This document shows, in pieces, positions 39,339 to 49,898 of a stretch of 64,000 nucleotides of DNA (positions are counted from its first letter, which is position 1; each line of letters opens with the position of its first letter). Where the stretch lies: positions 1-64,000 of the forward strand of contig JALGVJ010000003.1 of assembly GCA_029838195.1 (NCBI GenBank), given 5' to 3'. This DNA comes from Promethearchaeota archaeon. GTDB lineage: Archaea; Asgardarchaeota; Lokiarchaeia; Sigyniarchaeales; SOKP01. The position numbers and the translations under genes were made by a program. The notes under the pieces are model-generated. The model saw nothing but the letters and a program-made list of their open reading frames with translations. It did no database searches and was not told the DNA's origin.

Positions 39339-40412
39339 ATGGAATCTCAAATAGATTTCGATATTAATGGAATTCAAAATATTTATGAAATTGTTGAAAA
39401 ACAGGTTAAACGCTTTCAACAACTACGACAATTAGTAAGAGAATTAAAATTTATTCCTGTAGACCCCATTGCGACTTATTCATCAGTTACTTATAAGTCT
39501 ATTGATGGTGGAAAAATGGGGATTTCATTTCATCCCTTTGAATTTGATTTTATTGTAATAGCAAATTCAATGGGTAGTGAATTGTTGAAATATTTAGTTC
39601 CAAAATCTGATTTTCTTAGTTCTTCAGATTTTCTTTATATGAATGGTTTTAAACAAATTAAATATTTACTAAATATTTTGGATTTAAACACGGTTTCAGA
39701 ATTATCTGATTTATTAATAAATCCGCAAATGGCAATGGAATTAACTGAATATGCTTGTATTTTCGAGAGATTAGGAAGAGATAAAAATGATCCAATAATT
39801 GTAATGAAAGATGGTCTTTTAAGGACAAAAGCGATTAAATATCAAATCATACCGAAAATGATCTCTTTTCTTAAAACTAATCCCAAGAGAAAATTAATTG
39901 GTGTTGCTAAAAGTTCACAGGTAATAAATCTAATATCGACAGCATTATATCTTGAAAAAGTAGTTCCTAAGAATTGCACAGGATTTATTGAGATTCCTTG
40001 GGAAATTGAAAAATTAGCATATAGGCAAAGTAAAATGAAATATCATTTGTATTATTCTTTTGGAAAGCTTTACGTGGCAAAATTATGTAAGAGATCAAAT
40101 CTATTAATCACTATTGAAATTCCTTATGATTTTAAAAATGATCAACCTGTTTATACTAAGTATGAAATTTTTGAAATTATTGGCCATTTAATCAAGGATT
40201 CAAGTGGATCCTATCCCATATTAGGATATCCCCAAACAATCATGAGAGCTCATGAAAAAGCTGTTAGGACTGGATTTTCCGCTTCTATTTGGAGAGATAA
40301 AATAATTAATTATTTATTAGAAAAACTTGGAGATAGAAAAATTAGGATTTTAATCCAAGAGAGTCATTTTCTTAAAGAATATGTACAAAAAGAAATATTA
40401 GGGGGGATATAA
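39339..40412 (+). CDS. Second, divergent NurA-like nuclease
   Basis: SIDGG, MKDGLLR, IGVAKSS, GYP....RAHE.A. Confidence 0.8.
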   Translation: MESQIDFDINGIQNIYEIVEKQVKRFQQLRQLVRELKFIPVDPIATYSSVTYKSIDGGKMGISFHPFEFDFIVIANSMGSELLKYLVPKSDFLSSSDFLYMNGFKQIKYLLNILDLNTVSELSDLLINPQMAMELTEYACIFERLGRDKNDPIIVMKDGLLRTKAIKYQIIPKMISFLKTNPKRKLIGVAKSSQVINLISTALYLEKVVPKNCTGFIEIPWEIEKLAYRQSKMKYHLYYSFGKLYVAKLCKRSNLLITIEIPYDFKNDQPVYTKYEIFEIIGHLIKDSSGSYPILGYPQTIMRAHEKAVRTGFSASIWRDKIINYLLEKLGDRKIRILIQESHFLKEYVQKEILGGI

Positions 40413-40415
40413 TTA

Positions 40416-42593
40416 ATGGAAATGAATATTGGAGAACCTATAGGAATATTTTTGGGGATTGAAAGTACGACTTTTGAATATTTAGCAAGCATTATTACTC
40501 CATATCAATTAGATTATTCTCCAACAATTGGAACTTTTATACTAATCGATAATTTTGATGAGTATATTGTTGCTCGTGTAATGGAATATATCCCGCAAGG
40601 AGAAATGATTTCTTTTTATGGTAAAAAATGGTTATCTGAAGTAGCATTGACACCTGAAGTAATTGGGCAAGATATTAAAACAAGTAAGATAAGCTATTCA
40701 GTTAAAATAAAATTATTAGGGCGATTGAGTAAAAATTTAAGGACATTTATTCCTGGTATAAAAAGAATTCCTCACCTTACAAGTAAAGTTATTCAACCTA
40801 ACTCGAAAATCGTGAAAATCATATGTAATAAAGCATTGAAAGAAATGGAACAAGGAATAGAAATAGGGAATTATTGGAGTGATGAAAATATTAAGATACA
40901 TTTTGATATGAAAAGCTTAATTGGAAAAAGGACTTTCATATTCGCCCGAGCAGGTTACGGAAAAAGCAATTTAATGAAAATTATTGCTTCTAATTGGAAG
41001 GAAGAGTTTGGAAGTTTAATTATTTTTGATCCCGAGGGAGAATATTCAATTACAGATAAAAAAGAGCGCCCTGGAATAATGGATCAAATTCCCGCATTAT
41101 TAATAACTAATCGTATTGGAATTCAAGAAGGATTAGGTAATAATGTTTATAATAAATTAAAATTTGATTTTAGGAAGTTTCATCCAAAATTTATTATACC
41201 TATTATTGTTTCAGAGAGTAAATATGAATTTGTTTTTTTCAACAAGTTAATGAGCCTTACAAAGGAACAATGGTGTAATTTAATTGATTATTTATATGAA
41301 AATAGGTACAATGGAGAATATCACGAAATTGCGGAAATTATGGGAATAAAATATGAAAAACCTGTTGATGTTACTCCAATAATGAATAACATTATTCCTC
41401 CAATGGATCAATTACATGACCCAGAATCAAAACTTTTCTCAATATTAGAAAAAGCGGTAAAAAAAAATCTGATTATAATTATTGATATCTCATTATTAGC
41501 TTCAAATAATGCACTGAATTTATCTTCATTAATAATAAGTAAATTTTTCCGTAAAAATCAAAAAGAATTCACTATGAAAGGAAGGGATTTAAATAAAATT
41601 ACTTTTGTAATTGAAGAAGCTCAATCAGTAATAGGGGGCACGAATAATGTAAGTAAATTCGTTGAACTTGCTAAAGAAGGCCGGAAATATCAATTAGGGG
41701 CTATATTTATAACACAACAGCCAGGAAGTATTTCAATGGACATATTAAGTCAAGGAGATAATTTCTTTGTTTTTCATCTTTTAAGTAAAGATGATTTAAG
41801 AGCACTTCAAAAAGCTAATGCTCATTTTTCAAATGATATTCTAACTCAAATCTTGAGTGAACCTATTCCCGGTAAAGCATATATGTGGACCTCTCATCAG
41901 CCATTCGTAATTCCGCTTCAAATAAAAAATTTTGAATTAGAAGCAACACCAAATAAAGCTAAAGAAATACAAGCTCAAAATGATCTTTTAATGCCTATTT
42001 TAAACGAAATTGTTGAAATTTCCGAAATTGAAGAAAAAATAATAGAAAAATTCCAAACCATTTTAATAAATAATCAAATTGACATTCGGGATAAAGTTTC
42101 AATATTTAATAATACCTTAAAAAAAAAAATTACGGTTCAAACTTTTAAATTACTTTCCGAAAAAGAAATTAAATTCTTAGAAGAAAAAGATCTTTTAGCT
42201 AAAAATACAGAGACAAATAAACCTTATGCAGTAAGTTATAATTATCTCAGTGAGTTATATCAGAAAGCTCTTATGAAACATTCATTAAAAATAAAAAAAA
42301 ATATTCCTATTGAAGCAAATAGTACCGATTTGAAAATGATTATAGATGATTATTCTGTTAATATAAAAAACAATCCGAAAGATGGTAATTATGTAGAAAA
42401 TTTATATTATAGTTTTGAAACGGAAAAAGCAATAAAATTCAGACGTAAAAAAGACGATAAAATTCTTTGGATACCTAAATCTGCTATAAAAAATAAATGG
42501 GTTAAAGATAACAGTCTCTCTCAAAAAATTATTTTAAATTATATTCCCTCAGATTTCCAATGGAGTAAAGATAGAGAATTTAATGATAGGTAA
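40416..42593 (+). CDS. Second HerA-like (DUF87) ATPase with C-terminal extension
   Basis: FARAGYGKS, FDPEGEY, IEEAQ, KEGRKY.LG..ITQQPG. Confidence 0.85.
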   Translation: MEMNIGEPIGIFLGIESTTFEYLASIITPYQLDYSPTIGTFILIDNFDEYIVARVMEYIPQGEMISFYGKKWLSEVALTPEVIGQDIKTSKISYSVKIKLLGRLSKNLRTFIPGIKRIPHLTSKVIQPNSKIVKIICNKALKEMEQGIEIGNYWSDENIKIHFDMKSLIGKRTFIFARAGYGKSNLMKIIASNWKEEFGSLIIFDPEGEYSITDKKERPGIMDQIPALLITNRIGIQEGLGNNVYNKLKFDFRKFHPKFIIPIIVSESKYEFVFFNKLMSLTKEQWCNLIDYLYENRYNGEYHEIAEIMGIKYEKPVDVTPIMNNIIPPMDQLHDPESKLFSILEKAVKKNLIIIIDISLLASNNALNLSSLIISKFFRKNQKEFTMKGRDLNKITFVIEEAQSVIGGTNNVSKFVELAKEGRKYQLGAIFITQQPGSISMDILSQGDNFFVFHLLSKDDLRALQKANAHFSNDILTQILSEPIPGKAYMWTSHQPFVIPLQIKNFELEATPNKAKEIQAQNDLLMPILNEIVEISEIEEKIIEKFQTILINNQIDIRDKVSIFNNTLKKKITVQTFKLLSEKEIKFLEEKDLLAKNTETNKPYAVSYNYLSELYQKALMKHSLKIKKNIPIEANSTDLKMIIDDYSVNIKNNPKDGNYVENLYYSFETEKAIKFRRKKDDKILWIPKSAIKNKWVKDNSLSQKIILNYIPSDFQWSKDREFNDR

Positions 42594-42615
42594 AAAAGAT
42601 TTTAAATCATAAGAA

Positions 42616-43860
42616 ATGACATTAGTCAAATTAATTAACAGCATTTTAGAAATAGCGCGTAAAACTACGACTTATAAATTTGCAACCTTACTTTCTATTT
42701 TTGATTATGTTATAGATCATCCTGAAGAAGAGCCGATTAATAATTTTCATTTTATTCCAATAATCTATTTAGCAAGGCAATTCTTTTCCTATTATTATCC
42801 TCTTTCTTATTATGATTTTTCTCAAGGAACATCTACCGGGCTTGCGATTTATTCTCAAATCAATAAAAAATTAAAAAATAATGATAAGATAAATGACAAA
42901 TTATTATTAAAAGCCTTGAAGTCTCGAGCAGAGGGAATTGTTTGGATCAATCAATTGTATGATTCTCCCGATATGCTTCCAGAAATCCTTGTTAAGTTAC
43001 TTTGGGACATTCGAGGTAAGATTATTGATCAACCCTTGCATTATATTTCAAATATAGCAGGGACAAAACGAAGGTTTTTCGGCATAATAAATAAAACCCT
43101 TCAATTTGATTCTACTTATGAGGTTCATCGAGAAAAAGCAAGAAAGCAGCTTCCTCCCAACGAGCCCATGAATTGGTTGCAAATATTCATGTATGATCAA
43201 ACTTCTCTAATAATTGATGATCTTACTTATAAGGAATTAGCCCGATTTAGATTTTGGATTCGTGATGTGATTTTAAAGAAATGGTTTGAATTTTCACATG
43301 AAATTGACAAGAACAAGGGAAATATTTCTTATGATTATGGGGAATTTTTTAATATCTTGAATTTAGCCTATAAAAAAGAGATTTCTCGTGATTCATATTT
43401 GATATCTCGTTATAGAGATTTCTATATTCATATAGGAGCTCTTATTTCAATTTTTTCGGGGAAACGCTTCAATTCTAATGATAATTTTCAAATAGATCAT
43501 TTATTACCTTGGTCCTATTATCGCGTCAATCGTTTTTGGAATCTTTTTCCTCTTGAACCCGATATAAATCGAGAGAAATCAAATTATCTTCCGCGTCTCA
43601 CGGAAGAAATAGAGAAGAGAATTGCTCACCATTTAGAAGCGTGTATAAATAATTTAGACAACTCTTTAATAAAGAATGATTTGACTTATTTTTATTGGAT
43701 TCTTCAGAAGGATTTTACTTTTACTATTGAAGAATGTCATGCGGATGAAGTCGTGGAGCAATTATTGGTAGCAATTAAGAAAGATCTAAAGAATTTAAGA
43801 AGAATCATTCCGGGAAAAGAATATATTAAAGATACCTCATCAATCAAGGAGGGCAAATAA
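42616..43860 (+). CDS. HNH endonuclease (type IV restriction-like)
   Basis: N-terminal TTYKFA.L and C-terminal IDHLLPWS.....WNL.P....N..KSN. Confidence 0.82.
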   Translation: MTLVKLINSILEIARKTTTYKFATLLSIFDYVIDHPEEEPINNFHFIPIIYLARQFFSYYYPLSYYDFSQGTSTGLAIYSQINKKLKNNDKINDKLLLKALKSRAEGIVWINQLYDSPDMLPEILVKLLWDIRGKIIDQPLHYISNIAGTKRRFFGIINKTLQFDSTYEVHREKARKQLPPNEPMNWLQIFMYDQTSLIIDDLTYKELARFRFWIRDVILKKWFEFSHEIDKNKGNISYDYGEFFNILNLAYKKEISRDSYLISRYRDFYIHIGALISIFSGKRFNSNDNFQIDHLLPWSYYRVNRFWNLFPLEPDINREKSNYLPRLTEEIEKRIAHHLEACINNLDNSLIKNDLTYFYWILQKDFTFTIEECHADEVVEQLLVAIKKDLKNLRRIIPGKEYIKDTSSIKEGK

Positions 43861-44044
43861 AGGAGTTTTGAAGGCATATAATTTTATTTTCTATAAATTT
43901 TAAATCAGTTTTATGGTTAATGGAAATTTAATGGAAAAAAGAAGTAATCTAAAAAAATTAATTTCTAACTATTCATATTAGGGGGGTCATGTTTTTATAG
44001 GCATACTGCATTATTTTGTTTAATAACAAAAAAAATGAGGACCA

Positions 44045-45709
44045 ATGGAATTTGAAAATAGAATTTCTCCAGCGGTGGTTGATGAGACCTCATGGAAGGA
44101 GAATGAGGAGCAGGTTTCGGTCAAGCCTGAATTGGAGGTGGCCACGGTTCTTTCTTATTTTGAGGAGCAGCGGGATCCTGTTGGCAAAATAAAGAAAAAG
44201 TCGAAGGAGCAATATCAGAGCTTATTGAAGCTTTATTGGCCTTATTATTTGATTCCGCTGAGCGAGGAAAATAGTGCAATTGGGATTGACGGCATGGCCT
44301 TAAGTTCTCTGGAGCTATTCAAAGGTCTGGCGATTAGGGAAGAGCAGATAAGGAACGAATTAAAAAACTTGGAAGATGCTGCGTTGCTTGAAGGGCTGGC
44401 AAATTTACAAGAAGCTTATAAAAGTTTAGGGGAGAAAGAGAAAGTAAAAGGCCTATTGTCTCCCGAATTCACGAAAGCCTTAATTGATTTAAGCAATTAT
44501 AGCTTGAAAGAGGGGTATTTGGGAATCTCCATCACGCCAGTTGTAGATGAGGATAAAGCTACAGAGATTTTTGAGAAAGTGGACATTTACGTGAAGACTA
44601 TAGCGGAAATAAAAGGTGATATTGATAAGAAGAATCAAATGATTGAAGAGGCGCTTAAACAAAAGAAAGAGGAAATAAATGGAGAAATCAAGGCGTTAGA
44701 AGCGGAGTATGACCAAAAAATAAATGAAATGACTCCTATCATCGAGGAAAATAAGCGAAACATTAATTCTAAGAGACAAGGCGAGATTGCGCATTTAAAG
44801 GAAGAGCGGAACAAGGAAATCGTCCAGACCATGAATTTAATCAAGGAATCTTTCAAGCCTATAGAAGCGAAAGTGGCATTTCTCAATGATTTATGGGAAA
44901 AAGACAAGAATACGGTGTTGAATATAAACGAGTCGGGAGAATTAATATCAGAAATCGAAGGGAGCATTGACCGGTTCAAGAATAGGATAAAAGAATTTGA
45001 TACTGAATTGACTAATATCCGTCAAGAAATCAATAAGATTGCTGAGCGTTTCACTCAAATTAATCAAAAATATGATAATGAGGAAAATATTGTTAATTCA
45101 AAATATGATAAACAAATTCAAGAAGAGGAGGCAAAAATCTCGGCTTTAGAAAACGAGAAAAGCGGAAAAATTAAAGAACGGCAAGAGATGGCAAATAAAT
45201 TAGACCAGCAATTAGCTCACCTCCAAGAATTAACGGATTCATTCAAAGAGCAATTAGACCAATCTGTTTCAGATTTAGATGAATATATTGCGAGAAATAC
45301 GGAATTAGGAAAACCTCTTAAATTAGAAGTGCCCATTTGGGTGGCTAAATTTTTTCATGTTAAAGAAGGTAGTCGTCAAATAGTTTTACCTCCGGTTTTT
45401 CTCCCAAGAATCATGCCGAAGAAAATAAAAGATGATGGATTAGGGCAAAATGATATACCGGTCATGATTTACAATGAATTATTCATTCCACATCTCAAGG
45501 AAACCTTTCAGAAATTTCTACAAGAAGAATCTGCCGCGAAAAAGCAAATGGAGGAAGATATAGGCGAGCAAGATTATCTTAAAATTAAAGAAATTCGAAA
45601 TCGTTTTATTGACGGGATTGACATGCTCTTGGGAAGGCAATTGATCTCTGCCAAAGCAAAAGAGATCATCCAAGCTAACGTGCTGGCAGCCTTCAAATCA
45701 TTTGAATAA
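44045..45709 (+). CDS. Large coiled-coil hypothetical protein
   Basis: Long E/K/Q heptad region between small globular ends (YWPYY; VPIWV); no NTPase motif. Confidence 0.75.
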   Translation: MEFENRISPAVVDETSWKENEEQVSVKPELEVATVLSYFEEQRDPVGKIKKKSKEQYQSLLKLYWPYYLIPLSEENSAIGIDGMALSSLELFKGLAIREEQIRNELKNLEDAALLEGLANLQEAYKSLGEKEKVKGLLSPEFTKALIDLSNYSLKEGYLGISITPVVDEDKATEIFEKVDIYVKTIAEIKGDIDKKNQMIEEALKQKKEEINGEIKALEAEYDQKINEMTPIIEENKRNINSKRQGEIAHLKEERNKEIVQTMNLIKESFKPIEAKVAFLNDLWEKDKNTVLNINESGELISEIEGSIDRFKNRIKEFDTELTNIRQEINKIAERFTQINQKYDNEENIVNSKYDKQIQEEEAKISALENEKSGKIKERQEMANKLDQQLAHLQELTDSFKEQLDQSVSDLDEYIARNTELGKPLKLEVPIWVAKFFHVKEGSRQIVLPPVFLPRIMPKKIKDDGLGQNDIPVMIYNELFIPHLKETFQKFLQEESAAKKQMEEDIGEQDYLKIKEIRNRFIDGIDMLLGRQLISAKAKEIIQANVLAAFKSFE

Positions 45710-45896
45710 CTCCACTATTTTTTATTATTTTAAATATTTGTTAGCAGAGAGAAATAGTTAGTAATGGTAAAATCAATTCATATTATTTTTAAAGGAGGTA
45801 ATCAAGTTCGTTTTTAAAAACAAATCTTAAAAAAGGTTCAATAAGAGAATTTTTTTCCATGAAACGGAACATTTTATCAATTTAAAAGTAAATCGA

Positions 45897-46550
45897 TTAT
45901 TTTGACTTGTGAGTTCTAACTAAATCTACTATAGATTCTTCTGCTTTAAGGGTAAGAAGGCGATCTTTTTCTATCAAATGTAATTTTCTGGCCTTTTCAT
46001 TAATCAACCACAATTCAGAATGAATGTTTTCTTCGTCTTGTTTATTTTGATTTTTCCCTGGTAAGCGAATAGAACAAGATTGTAAATTGTCTATAATGCC
46101 ATAGATATAATCTCGAGAAATAATAGCATATTTGTCATGGATTTTTAATAATTTGAAGTACTCTTGAGGCTGATATTGGTCGCATTTATATTTAAAATGA
46201 AATTCCTTATTTTTATTAACATAAATGGGCATGCCACAAAAAATACATCTTCTTAAAGATCCTTGCACTTTTAAGAATCTTGGTTCTTCTGATAGATAAT
46301 ATTTAAATTTTGTATGACCATATCTTGTTTTATAACCTGAAAGACTTTGGAATTTGAAGATCTCATTATCTTCTTTAGCCCTTTTTTCCAAATGGTATTT
46401 AATTTTAGAAAGAGTCCAATCTTGAGCGGTAAAATAACCTTTTTGATAAAAAAAATCAGAATGTACATAATCAAGAATCTCCAATGGAGCACAAGGCCCA
46501 AATTCGGATACAATGTTTTTAATGAAATCCATTTTAGAATATAAAACCAT
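45897..46550 (-). CDS. Hypothetical protein with a putative Zn site
   Basis: CIFCG.P........H...C; co-oriented downstream of the SMC-NYN gene. Confidence 0.65.
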   Translation of the reverse strand: MVLYSKMDFIKNIVSEFGPCAPLEILDYVHSDFFYQKGYFTAQDWTLSKIKYHLEKRAKEDNEIFKFQSLSGYKTRYGHTKFKYYLSEEPRFLKVQGSLRRCIFCGMPIYVNKNKEFHFKYKCDQYQPQEYFKLLKIHDKYAIISRDYIYGIIDNLQSCSIRLPGKNQNKQDEENIHSELWLINEKARKLHLIEKDRLLTLKAEESIVDLVRTHKSK

Positions 46551-46602
46551 GAACTTTATTTTTTTTTAAAATCTTCCCCTTTCTGAATAAAAATTTAAAA
46601 TT

Positions 46603-49600
46603 TTATAGTTTACCATCCATTATTTTTTTAATTTTTTCTTCGAAACCTTCTTCAAATTGAATTCTATTTACTAATATGTTATAACGTATGGAGTGTTCCT
46701 CAAGAAATTGATTATATTGAGGATATTTTTCTCGATAATCCAAATATCTATCATTAGTAATAATATAAGAATTGTTTTTCCGTGCAAAATCTATGATGAA
46801 CCAATCATCATCTCTTCCTGCTGGTGCTTGAGAGATGGTTGGTTCATTAATTAATTTTTCAAATAACATTAGTTCTCCTTCAGAAATTTTATGTCTGATT
46901 CCCGAACCAAAAAGAATTAAAATATTTTTTTCTGGTACTCCCAAATTAATAAGTTTCTTCTTACAATTAAGTACATTTCTAATTGAAGGTTTATTTGAAA
47001 TGGGATTACTATAAGCGATATTAGATCCATCCAGAATGAATGAAAATTCAAGAGAATCTTCTAAACCATCGTCAATTCCAAGAATGGGTCGTTTTTGAGA
47101 AATCGTAGATTCAGAGAAATTCCCATTATTATTAATTAAAGGTATCTTTCCTACATTAAAATCTAAAATTTTACGTTCTGAATTAGGAAAATTAATCTCT
47201 TGATAATATCCTTGAGTAGCCACTTCTTTTTGGAAATCATTAAGAATTTTAAGTTGAGAATTTAGACTATCGATATTAGAAGTAATCCCCCTCTTTTTTT
47301 CTTCATCAATAGTTCTTTCTACGAGTTCTGCGATGGTATCTAAATCCTCTTTTAAAGGCAGTAAATTGATAAATTTGGTAATATATCCTTTTTGAACCAT
47401 TTCTTCTTGAAATTGGTATAAATTTTGACCATGCTCGTGATCTAATAATGCATACGATTCATCAAGGACGACAATATTATATTTAGCAATTTTTGCACTC
47501 ATGGAGATAATGGAGCGACAATAAGCATAAGTCTTCTCGCCGCTTGAAAATTCTTCCAAATCTCTGGTTTCTTGTAACCCTGCTTTTGTTTCAAATATTA
47601 TTGTTTTATTTTTAATATCAAATTGTAAAATTTGAGAATAATCTTTAAACACGTATTCGAAAAATTCCTTTTTACCATAGATATCTTTAAAAATTTTATC
47701 AAATTGTTCAGTTATAATTTTTAAATGAGCTTCATTTTTAGGTTTCTTCCCTTCAATGACCTTTTCTATATCATCTTTAAGAATTTTCAATCGTTTTTGG
47801 AGTTCTTTTGTAGAATTAATATATTTATTTAGTTTTTCGACATGATTATTATAATAATCAATGAATTTTCCCATTTCCAAAAACCCGAATTTCCGTGCAA
47901 CCTCTTTTATTTTTGATGTTAATGGTTCTAATTTTTTTTTAAGATCTTCTACTGATGCTTTGATTTTTTCCTCCTCATATTCCATTTTATTTAATTCTTG
48001 TTTATCTAATTCAAGCTTTTGATTAAGTTCAACAATTTTTTGTGTAAGAGCCTTTGGATTTGGATGTGGTTGATTCCTGTTTAGCCCTAATTTATTAATA
48101 AGGGATAATTTAGAAGGGATTTCATTAATTCGATTTAATAAATTCTCAATATCTTCGATTTTTTTCTTACGGGAATCAATTTCACGCTCTAAATTTTCAA
48201 TATTTTTCGTTTTTTCTGTTATTTTTTCTTTTAAATTCTTAATTCTTGTGTTGAGATTAATATAATCATCGATTTTAGAACTCTTACCCATCAATTGCTT
48301 TTTTAAATTCATCAAACTTTTTTGATTCTTGCTATATTTTTTTAAAATTTCAAGAATTTCTTTATTTTTTTTAATTTTTTCATTTAAACCTTGAACGGTA
48401 TTTTTATATTGTTTCAATTTCTCATTTTCCTTAAAAACAAGATTATTCTCCTCAAAAATCTCATGAAGCTTTTTAAAAGAAAAATAGAGTTCATTTCCAT
48501 TCTCTAATTTAAATTTAATGAGGTTTTCTTTACCAAAATCATGAGAACTAGCTTTGCTACAAGTATCCCGTAATTGGGTTAGAAATTTATTTATTTCAAT
48601 AATTCTTTCATTCTTTTTATTTAATTGTTCAATAATGCTTTTAGAATCAGTTAATTCCTCTTCATATTTATTTATTTTTTGTCCAATTTCTTTAATAATC
48701 AAGTTTGATTCTTTTTCATGTAAACTCTCTAAATTCAAGTTGAAGTCATGAATTAATCGTTTTTCTAATTTATCCCTTTCTTTTTCCTTTTTTCCTATCT
48801 TTTTTAATAAGTTTTTGGTTTTTGTATCAAATTGATTTTGAAAATCTTCATATTTTTTTTGATAGTCAATTAATTTCTTATAATCTACTTCTTTTTTTTC
48901 TTTAAGCTGCTCAAGCTTCGATTCCTCTTCTTGTTTTTGCAGAGTTAAGCTTTCTTCGTCATTCTCACATATAAATAATAATTTTTTAAATAATCCAATT
49001 TGTTTTTCTATTTTTTCTATTTTCGATTTTCTATTTAAATTACTGTTCTTAAATTGATTGATTCTATTTAATTGGTCACTATATTGTTCTTGTAATTTAA
49101 TATAGGAAGTAATTGTATTACCTGTCATAGATTCAGATATCCATTCTTGATATTGATTTAGAAACTCTAATTTTTTCTCTAAATTTTTTATTTTTTGTTC
49201 TATTTTTGCTACAAACACATCCTTAAAGAATAGAATTTGCTGTTTAAGAGATTCATCTCCCCTAATGGTTCGAATATTGAAGCAATCACGAAATTTTTCA
49301 TGGCTGATTTCTCTCTCTCCTCTGTTATCTATTTCATAAAAATTTCCAAGACTCAATGGATTAATCCGATTTAAGCTATTATCAAATTTCCATAAATGGG
49401 GTATTAATTTCACTTTATATTTGAGATTTTTATTAATTTCAAATATAATTTCACATGATTCAATGGCTTTAATAAATTTTGTAAAGTTAGCTTCATTTTT
49501 GAAAATATAATTATCTGAAGCAATTTCAAGGAGTGTAGCGGCCATGGATTTACCAATTCCATTTTTACCATGAATAGTGATGATACTCTGAGGTGCGATA

Positions 49601-49671
49601 TAAGGAATAACGTTTCTTCCTCTTGCATTAATATTAATGCTAATGTATTGAGCTGGTTTCATATCAAGCAT
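46603..49671 (-). CDS. SMC/Rad50-like ABC ATPase fused to a C-terminal Regnase/Zc3h12a-like PIN (NYN) RNase domain
   Basis: Walker A GKNGIGKS, long coiled coil, FSSGEK, VVLDES. C-terminal FILDGSNIAY ... GRDDDWFII.FA.....IITNDRYLDY. Confidence 0.82.
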   Translation of the reverse strand: MLDMKPAQYISININARGRNVIPYIAPQSIITIHGKNGIGKSMAATLLEIASDNYIFKNEANFTKFIKAIESCEIIFEINKNLKYKVKLIPHLWKFDNSLNRINPLSLGNFYEIDNRGEREISHEKFRDCFNIRTIRGDESLKQQILFFKDVFVAKIEQKIKNLEKKLEFLNQYQEWISESMTGNTITSYIKLQEQYSDQLNRINQFKNSNLNRKSKIEKIEKQIGLFKKLLFICENDEESLTLQKQEEESKLEQLKEKKEVDYKKLIDYQKKYEDFQNQFDTKTKNLLKKIGKKEKERDKLEKRLIHDFNLNLESLHEKESNLIIKEIGQKINKYEEELTDSKSIIEQLNKKNERIIEINKFLTQLRDTCSKASSHDFGKENLIKFKLENGNELYFSFKKLHEIFEENNLVFKENEKLKQYKNTVQGLNEKIKKNKEILEILKKYSKNQKSLMNLKKQLMGKSSKIDDYINLNTRIKNLKEKITEKTKNIENLEREIDSRKKKIEDIENLLNRINEIPSKLSLINKLGLNRNQPHPNPKALTQKIVELNQKLELDKQELNKMEYEEEKIKASVEDLKKKLEPLTSKIKEVARKFGFLEMGKFIDYYNNHVEKLNKYINSTKELQKRLKILKDDIEKVIEGKKPKNEAHLKIITEQFDKIFKDIYGKKEFFEYVFKDYSQILQFDIKNKTIIFETKAGLQETRDLEEFSSGEKTYAYCRSIISMSAKIAKYNIVVLDESYALLDHEHGQNLYQFQEEMVQKGYITKFINLLPLKEDLDTIAELVERTIDEEKKRGITSNIDSLNSQLKILNDFQKEVATQGYYQEINFPNSERKILDFNVGKIPLINNNGNFSESTISQKRPILGIDDGLEDSLEFSFILDGSNIAYSNPISNKPSIRNVLNCKKKLINLGVPEKNILILFGSGIRHKISEGELMLFEKLINEPTISQAPAGRDDDWFIIDFARKNNSYIITNDRYLDYREKYPQYNQFLEEHSIRYNILVNRIQFEEGFEEKIKKIMDGKL

Positions 49672-49685
49672 TTTTCTTTCCCTCT

Positions 49686-49898
49686 TTATATTTTATTTCT
49701 ATTATCAAGGTATTTTCGGAACTCTTCATTAGAAAAATTTTCAAAATTATTACATTTAATGAGGGAATCCAGGAATTCTTGATAAACATCTTCTAAATTA
49801 AACGTCTCAACAATCTTCTGAATTAATGATTCTGTAATCATCTCATAATCCATAATTATTTCACGTAAAATATTTTTGCAGTTTTCCAATAAATACAT
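49686..49898 (-). CDS. Small acidic hypothetical protein (or gene remnant) upstream of the SMC-NYN gene
   Basis: 70-aa ORF ending 14 bp before the SMC start; no motif recognised. Confidence 0.4.
   Translation of the reverse strand: MYLLENCKNILREIIMDYEMITESLIQKIVETFNLEDVYQEFLDSLIKCNNFENFSNEEFRKYLDNRNKI

Noticed and set aside
44045-45709. SMC or ESCRT/cytoskeletal eukaryotic-signature protein
   Set aside because: Only generic coiled coil is visible; no Walker motifs or family signature that I can support.
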